In this document: piece by piece, positions 8,866 to 18,710 of the stretch | Numbering within the stretch: position 1 is the first letter of the stretch | Layout of the letters: every line of letters begins with the position of its first letter | Source: Dimargaris cristalligena | Taxonomy: Eukaryota | Direction of reading: 5' to 3' | Length of the DNA: 20,000 nt | NCBI GenBank assembly: GCA_003614675.1 | Contig: ML002232.1 | Span: 45,942 to 65,941 of the forward strand | Made by a program: the position numbers and the translations under genes | The notes under the pieces: model-generated | What the model saw: the letters and a program-made list of their open reading frames with translations, nothing else | Databases searched by the model: none | Told to the model about the DNA's origin: nothing

Positions 8866-11539
8866 TTAAGGCTCTTTGTCATTGAGGCGTTCCGGAAGCT
8901 GCAAATAAAACGGCTGATTCGTAATGTGACTATTAACACTAGGCCGGTCCATGTTGTTAGGATGGGGGTCTTGGAAGGAATAGCCAGTACCCTGACTGGA
9001 AACTGGGCTCGGTCGAATCCAGGGGCCATTGGCATTGGATGGGACCGGCACGGGCATGGTGTATGCTCCGGTGAACTGTTCCACATTAGCAAAGGGAGGG
9101 ATAGTGGGGGCCTGATTCGACGGATACGGGGCATGATTAGGAGAATCATTGACGGGTATGACCTCACTGATCGATTCGGTGGCAGCCTGGTTCAAGGAGA
9201 TGGAATGAACGGGTACATTCGGAGCCGGTATGGTCCAGTGTGAGTTCAGGGAAGTCTGCATCGGCAGGTCCTGGTTAACAGGGGTGAAGTCTTCATTCAT
9301 ATCTTGTTGAGAAGGCACGAAGACGCTCTCGGTTTCTCTATTCCAAGGGGACTGAAATATATACTCAACTGGTAAAGGCGGCCCCTGGGTAGAGAGCTCG
9401 GTTTTGTCCTCAACAAAAGAGGAGTGGTCATTCTCGGCTACCGTGTTTTTCGGTGGTTGCAAGAAAGACTCAACCGGTAGAGCCTGCTCCTGGACAGAGA
9501 GCTCGGTTTTGTCCTGGACAGAAAGGGGACGGTCATTCTCGGTTGCCGTGGTCTTCAGCGGTTGCAAGAAAGCCTCGACCGATAAAGGCTGCTCCTGGAT
9601 AGAGTGCTCGGTTTTTTCCTCGACAACAGGGGGGCGGTCATTCTCGGATGCAGTGTTCTTAAGCGGTTGCAAGAAAGCCTCGAGTGACAAGTCCTGGTCA
9701 GGGGTAGCGGGTGTGCCTCGGTCTTGAACGAAAGACGTGGGGGTGCGCTTGAGCTGCTTGCTCCCGAATGGCTGCAGGAAAGACTCGACTGACATGCTAT
9801 GACTATCGGTGGACGCCATACCCCGATCCTGAACGAAAGAGGCGGAGTCGGAAATTACCTTGTTCGGAACGTGGGTCTTTTCCGCGTCCAAATAACTGTT
9901 AGTCCCTCTAAGCTGCTCTTCCTCTGCCAATAATTCATCAGGCTCGTTAAAATAAGTCACTTCGACTGGCGACTGGGATTGTTCTACGGGTACGCTATAA
10001 TGCCAGGATGAAATACCATTACCGTAATATATACATCGGCAATACCATATGGGTGTAGTTAAGTGGGTTAGATATAATTTACATGGCGATTCCATCGGTC
10101 CAATCTATGTGCACACTTTGTGGCAGGATGGGACATTGCTTTAGGTAGCGGGTGTTTTAGGGAAAGTTGAATCCTCTAAAATCGAAGCAACGTCGCGTAA
10201 TCCATCGGAGATACCCTTAAGGGTGCAATTAAATCGTCGGCAACCGCCAAGTGATAGCTACGCTGGTCTGAGTAAATTAGTACGTGTGGCAGAAGCCAAA
10301 ATTCAGTAGTACTTACCTGGAGGTCGAATCCTTCGTCGATTCGCTAACTTGACGAGGAGGAATGAAGCCGGTAACGACGGGCGAATTAAATCCCACATGC
10401 TTTCCATTATCGGCCGAATTGCTTACGGAGGTGTCCTGGGCAGTAGTTTTGGAGTGCAACGTGGGAGAGCAGGGCAGCGGGCGGCCATTATTCCAGGCAC
10501 CTTGAGTACCCACCGGTGGGATGGTCTCGTCGTTGTTGCCATCCGCGCGGTTTACCGATTCAGTAGGCGAGTAGTTCGAATCATTGAACTCCATGGATTG
10601 GGGCAGCACGCGCCCAATATCACTGCCATTCTCGGAGCTCGATGCAATCTCCTCCATATAGTCGGTGAGTTCCTTCTGCAGGTTATCCAGAGACGCAGTG
10701 GTCTGCTGATTATTAGGAACAGGGATAGAGGCTGGTATCTGATTAGAGGGGTGTACCTCCCCCTCCAAAGAGTTGGCTTGGAAAGAGGTCCGTCCGGCCG
10801 GGCTTTCGGCATCCATATCCGGCTCGGATTCGGTAGCGGTCTCGTCGAGATAGATTTCACCCTCCACCAAATTTGATTCCTCCTCCTCATCCTGGTCTTC
10901 CGCATCCATGGGCAACGTGGAAAGGAGGACGTTATCCTGGTCGTCCACCAGAGTCAGGTATCCTCGGCTTCTCTCCTGACCATTCTTATCGGTCTCCAGA
11001 ATACAAAAGCCGGCCTTGCAGCGGTACTGGCGCCCATTTTTGCTCAAAACGCCCGTCCATTCGATATGGTCCGAGGCCGATAGGACTTCTTCTTCTTCCT
11101 CCTCCTCCTTTTCCGTCGAGGGTTCGTCATCCTCGCCTTCTTCTTCTTCGGCCTGTGGATCGCTGGCTTCGGCCACGTTCTCGGATTCTTGAACTTCAGC
11201 GCGGATAGACTCGAAATCATCGGTTTGAATGGCCGCATCGATTCCTACAACAGCCTTGGCCTTAGGTTGGATGGACTCGGGCACCGATTCCTCAGACTCT
11301 GCCGAAGATGACGACGGGTCGGGGGTATCCGCGGGCAGCAAGGGCTGGTAGTCACCAAATCCCACTATATACAGATTGTTGACATCCGACGGCATGGCCT
11401 CCCCCAGCCAGATCTTGGCGTCCGCGGTGGCCAAGAACGGCATGAAGATTTTGTTGGAGGGAATAGAAGCGGCCGAGGCCACCTGGAGTAGGGCTAGGCC
11501 CACCAGACCAATTAGGATGCGGGGCGTGGAGGCAACCAT
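8866..11539 (-). CDS. Hypothetical secreted acidic repeat protein, about 783 aa, probably 2 exons (11539-10317, 9994-8866)
   Basis: Signal peptide MVASTPRILIGLVGLALLQVASA-ASIP from ATG 11539. The first ORF ends at a perfect donor CAG|GTAAGT (phase 2). The acceptor TATAG|C at 9995/9994 is also phase 2 and joins in frame to the long 8866..10095 ORF (1223+1129=2352 nt, divisible by 3). Both halves are acidic and low complexity. The join is inferred; a shorter isoform or two separate genes are alternatives. Confidence 0.65.
9245..9845 (-). repeat. Coding tandem repeat, 105-bp (35-aa) unit, about 5-6 degenerate copies
   Basis: GGTTGCAAGAAAG recurs at about 9455, 9560 and 9665, with variants at about 9770 and 9350 (105-bp spacing). 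Protein units: LSLEAFLQPLKNTASENDRPPVVEEKTEHSIQEQP, LSVEAFLQPLKTTATENDRPLSVQDKTELSVQEQA, LPVESFLQPPKNTVAENDHSSFVEDKTELSTQGPP. Confidence 0.92.
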
Positions 11540-11833
11540 ACCGGGCGAATAACAATTAAGTGGCTTAAGCAATGGACGGGTTAATTAAATGTGAACTAAA
11601 ATAGGTATGCGTGCACACTCCTGTAAAAGGCTGGCAATCAAACTAGCGCACTGGGGCAGTATTTGCAGTGTAGTGCTATACCACGGGCGAGTCGTCGACG
11701 GGACTATTGGAAACTAAGCAGCGCTTGCTTTCATGCACTAATGGACGGATAAATTCGCAAATGGTAGTCAATTAGAAGTGGATATAATTAATCAAAGAAT
11801 GACCTCAACGGAATAGGGAGATGCCCTGTACCA

Positions 11834-11849
11834 ATATATATATATATAT
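11834..11849. repeat. (AT)n microsatellite, possibly the TATA element about 300 bp upstream of the secreted repeat gene
   Basis: The run atatatatatatatat is directly visible. The promoter role is inference. Confidence 0.6.
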
Positions 11850-13688
11850 TACAGAAGGCCGGTCTTGCCCCGTCTCTTGCCGTGGGGTATACAGCTCCGT
11901 TGGGTCAATTCCGGCTCAACTTGACCCCATGCTTGAACGGCACCCGCTTTTCCGGAATCATTGGTGATTTATGCCTACAGTTGAATATGTTATTTTTGTT
12001 TTCCCACCATTACGAGGTGTAGCCTTGCCTCCCCTTTCCTTCGCCTGCTAGCTCTTTCCAATATTGGAAATGGGTGAATATTGAAGAGTATAGCCTAGCT
12101 CGCTCTCCTTCTCCCCGCTAAAGTTGCACTGTGTCACTCAACCTGCCCCAGGGGCGTAGGTTTGTGAGACTGGAGAGTTGTGAAGACGTAGCGGGAGAGA
12201 GGGGGTCAGCAACCCTAGCACTTCCCGTGAAATTGAAGACTATGCATGGGGTTCAAGGAAATTTTCGGTAGGCGAAGCTAAAAGAACTAGTGCCAACCAT
12301 AGAGCGTATACCTTGGTCCTTTGGTCTCCCCGACATGCCTATGGGTAAAAGGAAATTGCCCGAGTTAATTCCGGCATGGAATACCACTGTTATGTTGCTA
12401 TTGGCATAGTGGGAAAATAGGTGACCGTCTAGGTAACCCACACGGTCACGCAAAACCTGTTCCTTTAAATGGTCGGTTGCTTAAAAGTCACCTGCTTGAG
12501 GTAACGCGCCCTGTTTCTTTGGGGTAGCTTTGGTGCACTTGGGCCCGTCAATTACTCACCGACCGTCGGCATTTATGCAATGCCTCCAGGGCACTAGGTA
12601 TAGAATACCATAGGACATGTGTTAGATAAGAGGGGCGCATTCAAAACGCATCGGTTTATGTTATTGGGAGTACTATATTAGCCGGATGTGGCTGTATTTC
12701 GGACTCCGACATTCGTCTATTGGGACAACAATGATAGAGTAATGACTAAAGCGGAGATCCCTCAGTGGACAGGGGTTACCCACCATGGTGCATGTTGCAC
12801 ATTTAACAACCCGTGAGCTGCTTTCGCGAGTCGCCGTCGGATTCGCCAGTTTCTCCAGCTCCCTTTTCATTACCATTGGTCTGCCACCTCTTGTAATAAC
12901 AGTCCATTGGAATCTCCTTACGGGTGGCAAAAGTATCAGGATATAAATCCAATATTGAAAGGTCAAAAAGGCCGTCTAGCCGAAGTTATGGCAGTAATAG
13001 GGGGTATAGTCTTAGCTTTATTGACATGCAATTAGATGGGTTTATATCAGGGAAGTGGCCAAGGTCTGCAAGACTACGTCCTAATGGGATACAGTCTCCT
13101 CTCGGAAAGTGTATAATCGGTTAACAGTAGCGCCAATCCCCATTTTTTAACTAAACAGCTGCAGTCTGTTAGAGCCTGTACTGGATAACCGGGCCACCTT
13201 TTGGCACACGGCTTACAGTAGCTAGCACCCCCTCCCGTTACGCCAGTTAATTCTATACTCATAACCACTAAGACCAACATCTCCAATACCACGTACACTA
13301 TCCATTACACTAGTGGCCATTGGCTCTATATGTTCAATAACCCATTCAAGTGAGCCAATTCGCTACATCGGATAAATTGCCACCTTCAAAAATAGTTCAA
13401 CTGGAGACTAAAAATAGGCCGATTTCATTCCATGAGCATCCTTTAATCACGCAAGACATCGGTTTAATACACAGAAACGCCCATCTAAGTCAAATTTCAT
13501 TGTGATAAAACCGGAAATCCTGACCTGACCAAAAGGGATAGCTGCAATGCCAAAAATTAATTATATTTATAAAATACACAAAATTACGGGTTGTTGTCGT
13601 TCTTTTTTTTTCGGATATTAATTTAGGAGCCTACAATTGGGTTGGAAAATGAAAAGAGACAGTTTCAAGCTAATTGGAAGCAATACTC

Positions 13689-16418
13689 CTAGTCACTCAT
13701 ATCCTCGATGGGGTCGTCCGAAAGGTCGCCGTGGGTGGGCTCGGCTAGGCCATCTAAAGGTAATTGAATAGACGCTGGTTGACTATCCATGAGATCTTCG
13801 GTACTACGGTCCTGGTCCGCCCAATCCTCGGCATCGGCGCACCGGGCTTCCCGGTTAGGCCGGGAACTAAACCGGCAAAGTTGATCCAGGTCCGCACAGA
13901 GTCGACCCAAGTCCCGTTCTACCGAAGGTAGAGGTGGTCTTGGTCGATGTAGCTGTGACTGGGTCTGCTGGATTCGGTTCTGTAGGACAGTATGCCAATA
14001 GGGGTACAGTTCCAGACAAGCGGTTTCGAGAGCTAGGGACGTTTTGGTTCCCCCGTAAGTCTCCTCGGCTGGAACACGCGTGCGCGCCTGGACCGTTTGG
14101 GCCACTGCTAGATTTTCCCGGCGCTGTTTAGCCACCGCCCAAAACTGCGGTTTACTCATCTGTAAGAGTCCCCCCACTCGCGGGGCGGGTCCGTCGGGTC
14201 CATCCGCGGGTGTACGCAGGGATTCCGCCAAACCCCGTACGGTGGTCAAGGCCTGGTAGGGACCACTGGTCATTTGGTGGGCCCAGCCTCCCTGCCCCAC
14301 CACCAACCCATCGGCATCGCTGAGCCGCTCACTCGCCAGGGCCGCGTCGTCGATATCCCCCGTAAAGGCCAGGTAGTTTTGGTGTAAAAAGAGGACAAAC
14401 AGGTCGTAGTCGACGGGTACGTGTTCCAGAATTGCTTCGGCCGGGGTTTCGGGTCTAGCGTCGCTTCCCGGAGATGTTGGGCGCCGCTTATTGTACAGGA
14501 CTTTACCCATGGCGTGGAACAAATCGAAACTGGATTCCCGGCCCCCTGATGGCCGCCCCGGTCGCGACCGCGATGATCCAGCAGATCCGGGCACCGGGGA
14601 CGAGGGTAGCGTGCGGCTAGTTAGTTGAAGCGTATTTAAGGCGTTTCGAATGTCACCGTGGCATTCCGCCACCACCATGGGCAAAACGGCCGATTCATTA
14701 AGTAACGGGCGGCGATTTTGGGACCATGGGTGGCAATGGCATTCGAGGGACCATATCCGTTTGAGGGCTTTAGTGAGGAGGGTCGGAGCAATGGGATTAA
14801 AGTTGATTCGCGTAACCAGGGGGGAGTCTAACACGTCTCTGGGGATGACCTGCCGGAAATTCTCGAGCGCCTCTCCAAAACTTCGTCCATTCCGCCCCGC
14901 CGGTCCGCCACTGGCCTCTTCCAATAAGCTATGGCGTGAAATGCACTCGCTGATGATTAGTACTAGGGGGAACGCACGCAATGGCCGGGGTGCAGTATAG
15001 TGACGCAGGCAGTCTTCGAAGACCCGTTTAGTAGCCGGTTGGGTCAAATTGGGGAAATCTTCAATGACGACTAACTGCTGGTTAGGCGGCTCGGGTGGCG
15101 TGGCGATGGGGGTAGCAATAGTAGCAGTTGGTGTGGCCATGGCCAGTGGGGTATAGCGGTCCGCTTTCCGAATGAACAGCTCGAATTTCCGAGCTAGGGA
15201 GTCGACTGCATGATGGTATAGGGGTTCGAAAAGGAAAGGGCCCCAGAAAATAGGCATCGTAAGTGTAATAATGGAAGCGGTAGAAAAATGAGATAGGGCG
15301 ATGGTATAGCTTAGTGGTACTGAATTGACTCAAATGCAGCGCTGCCGAAAAAACTCCGCAAGTACAATAAGTCCGTTTACCCAAGCCGAAGGGCGGTAAC
15401 GGAGTCAATTAAAGAGTGCCCTACGTAAGTGTAGATAATTACCTTCACCGGTGGCATACGATGTGTCATTGATATCTTGGGCCAAGTGTACGGGGTTGAT
15501 CCACTCCGATATCGGTATATCGAGCTGTTTAGCCACTAATCTGAGCGTGGTCGTTTTACCCACACCGGGCGGTCCAGTCAGAATCAGTATCCGTTTGAGC
15601 CAGGGCCGGGTACCTGAGGCCCTAAGTTCGACCAACGCCCCCTGTAGCCAATTCTGCACCTCAAGAATTTTACGCTTGTGCACCGCCAGATCCGTTACAT
15701 CTTGGGGGGCATACTTGTCTACCCAAAGTTCGGTGTCGGTCTTGGGGACGCCGTTGCCTTTGCCGCACCCGACCGGGGGGGATTCCAGATTAAGGGCGCG
15801 CGCGAAGAAATCCTGCGGGATCGACAGACTCCGGGACTGTAAACCAGCGGGATAGTTGGGCCGTGTAGGGGCCGACATTGCCAACGATGGCGACAGGGCG
15901 GACTCATCGGGGTTGAGCCCTATATTCCGAGGGGAATTGGATGGGCTGCTGAAGGCCCACTTGCTGCTAGTGATACTGGTTAAACGGGACCGGGTGGATT
16001 TAGCAACGGGTAATAAAATCGGGCGCTGAGTGGGTTTTTGTAGCCGGGCGGCGTCGGTGGTGACGGCTGGTTCCGAGAAATCCGCATCGTCGGAGCCGCC
16101 TCCTTCGACACTTTCATCGGCCGAACTGTCGGAGAGGATACTAATCACCGCCCGTGGTTTGGGACGAGTTCTTCGGGGCGGTGGGTCAGCGGAGTCTGCA
16201 GGTTCGTATGAAGAGTGGTCTTGGGATACCGACTTCGGTGCAAGGTCGGCTGGTGAAGTAGGGGGGGGTGGAGCCGTCGGGGTGGATTCGGAAGGATTGC
16301 GGGTTTGCGAGGGCTGCTCTTCAACTTTAGCTCGTTTTCGGGCTGGACTGGTTACCGTCGGACTTGGCTTATCCGTCACGACAGTGGACGGCCGTAGCCG
16401 GCGTTTACGCATTTGCAT
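13689..16418 (-). CDS. RAD17: Checkpoint clamp loader subunit Rad17 (S. cerevisiae Rad24), about 830 aa, 2 exons (16418-15443, 15205-13689)
   Basis: WVDKYAP..DLAVHKRKI, Walker A GPPGVGKTT, Rad17-type Walker B LVVIEDFP, INFNPIAPTLLTKAL, GDIRNALNTLQ, LFHAMGKVLYNKR, LFLHQNYL, and acidic tail DDPIEDMSD. Intron 15442-15206: GAAG|GTAATT ... TGCAG|TC, phase 1 on both sides. Confidence 0.95.
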
Positions 16419-16973
16419 GGCGGCTTGTAATGCCCAAGAAGAGGAACGAAAAACGAATAAGCAAGTCAAATAATAATAATGTGCCGGTAGGGAATGAACA
16501 AGGGGTCGGCACGTTTTTTTCCCACTGCGCACCGCCAGCAGCTAAGTTCTACCCTGGTTATGGGTAAACAGTGCCAGCGTGGAATGCGGAGGGCGTCGAA
16601 AAATAGTGTGGCACGACGTTCGGTTTAAAAATGGCCTGGCTGGAATCGGCAAAGAGGTTCCTCTCCCAGTCACATAAGTCTGGCAGTGGTTACGGACCAA
16701 CACCACGCCCAAGCTATATATACTTCCCACCTTTTCGCCTTTTATTGTACCCCCCCCCCCCTTCAGTCAGCCCCGTCCAAGTAGGCTCACAATAGCAGAA
16801 AGGAGAGAGTGTACGCTAAGTGGCGCAGTAGCAATTCCAACCCTCAAGCAGAGCAGTGGAAGCCTTTTGTCTAGCTAAAGCCCATTCACTTAACCAGACT
16901 CTTCTTCGCTGCCTTAGCAAGCTCTTCTGCTGTTAACTATATTATACAGTATTGTTCAGTCTTCGTTGTTCCA
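16419..16973. promoter_or_regulatory. Divergent (probably bidirectional) promoter region between RAD17 and SFR1
   Basis: 555 bp between two opposed start codons. Contains TATATATA at about 16715-16722 and a poly-C run at about 16750-16761. Confidence 0.5.
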
Positions 16974-18710
16974 ATGCCTGAACTGGATCCCCTCCCTCGG
17001 CCGGTGGGTACCTCCGGCACCGCCTCGATAAACCTGACCATAGTCGACGGTATACGCCAGCTCATCGACAAGGAGCTCCCTGCCGTACTGGCCCACACCG
17101 AGCAGCGTTTCCCCGAATATTGGGTTATAGCCGAGGACCTTCTGGCCGACCTATTAACAGACCACTTGGTAAGCCAATTCTCCTAAGCCATTATTGCCTT
17201 CGACATCAATAGTTCGCATCTATGAATGTGATGTGGGGCTTGCCGATAGTGGGCCAGAACCGCTGGATATTTTCCTGGCCGCAATAGATTTGTCGGCCGC
17301 CGCCTTTTCTCCTTAATAATATATATTGCTCTTATTATATTAATACGCATGGTCTATCTACCGGCCACAATTGGCCTAGTCTCAATGTGATAGTACCTCC
17401 GAAGAACTACTTTCAACTCTCATCGATCAAAAAATAGCCGTACGGCGACGGTATACACTCACGCCCGACCATGCCTGGTACCTCTACTTTATTCCCAAGC
17501 AACCAGGTAGGACTATGCCTGATTTCCTTGTAATGTTTCTGCCACAAGCCACCCAAACCTCCCGACACCTTTGCCTGCATTATAACGGTGTACCATGTGA
17601 GTGGAACGGGTATGCCATACAAATTATTTACTTAGCTTTACCCTCCCCCTTGGTATGTACAATGCAGTCGGTCCGCTGGTCGCAGAAGAGGCCCCTCTAT
17701 CTCCTATTACACCCAAATCCCCCCCAGTAACAAATGCCCGGCCTACGACAGATCCTGCAAAGATTAAAATTACCAATGCCGATACGACGCCCGTCCAACC
17801 TGTTGTTAAACGGTTACGGACATCCACTGGCGGCCGTTTGTCCAAACCATTTCGTTCACCACTTAGGGTTTCTGCCACCCAACAGCAGCCAGCCCAAAGC
17901 GCAGGTCCGCGTACCGTAACCGGGGATGCCTCCACTACTGTGCGGACGCCCTCGAGACTGACCCCACCAATGAGCAATATAGTCTCACCAAAACGACAGC
18001 TATTTGGGACCCGCACCAAATCCCAGATTCTCGCAAACCCCACCCTCACTACCGCGAATAGTAGAAAAAAAGAACTTGCCCTGAAATTAGAGGATATTGA
18101 AACCCAGCTCCGGAAAATCAATCTGGTCAAATCGATAATCAAACAGGTAATGTTGCCATGGTCCCATTGTATATATATATGTATATATATTAGCACTACC
18201 CCGACCCCCTCTCCCCCACTGAATATTGGTCATTTTCAAAGCGGGCGGTGGGTGGAACGCCTTTCTCGACCGGCAGCCGTAAATAACTATGATATTTACC
18301 TTTTCACCTGCTATTTACAATATCGAATATGATGATACGTACATATCGGTCAGAACGAATCCGATACCCTTGAAGATCTCATCGTTAAGTGGCGGACCGC
18401 GGCCCAAGACGCCCTGCGGTATTTGTTTGACCAAATGAAGGACATTAATCCGGAAACCCTCGGCTCCCTCGTGAACAATTCCACTCGGCCTTCCTTCCAG
18501 GATAACCACTACGGACCATCGTCATCGGATATGAATGAAGGGACCCGCGGAGACGCTACCGATTGTCCTCACCTCGAGTCGTCGGATTATGGACCACCTC
18601 CCCCCAGTACCCCCGCTGAGTCCACCATGAGCCTTAAATTTTTATTGGATATGATGGCCATTGACTATTCAACCATCGGTTATGATGAAGATGATGAGGA
18701 TTTTTGCTGA
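16974..18710 (+). CDS. SFR1: Swi5-dependent recombination protein Sfr1/Mei5 family, about 385 aa, 4 exons (16974-17168, 17380-17506, 17668-18146, 18354-18710)
   Basis: LSKPFRSPL, a coiled coil (LALKLEDIETQLRKINLVK), LEDLIVKWRTAAQDALRYL, and C-terminal MSLKFLLDMMAIDYSTIGYDEDDEDF are Sfr1/Mei5 hallmarks. Introns: TTG|GTAAGC..CCTAG| (phase 0), CCAG|GTAGGA..TGCAG| (phase 1), CAG|GTAATG..TCAG| (phase 0), all in frame. Exons 3-4 are secure; exons 1-2 less so (alternative ATG at 17655). Confidence 0.85.

Noticed and set aside
9245..9845. Periodic sequence considered as a CRISPR-like array
   Set aside because: The whole 105-bp unit is homologous between copies (no unique spacers), it is in frame within a eukaryotic CDS, and there are no cas genes.
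10258..10260. Stop-codon readthrough at TAG-CTA in the short splice isoform
   Set aside because: The established fungal readthrough motif is TGA-CTA, and the extension stops again after about 38 codons without a PTS1-like ending.
13074..13307. Small Cys-containing ORF, with chromodomain-like words (YEYRINW, WPGYP) on the minus strand
   Set aside because: The words are in different frames, there is no good signal peptide or full domain pattern, and no flanking retroelement sequence was seen.
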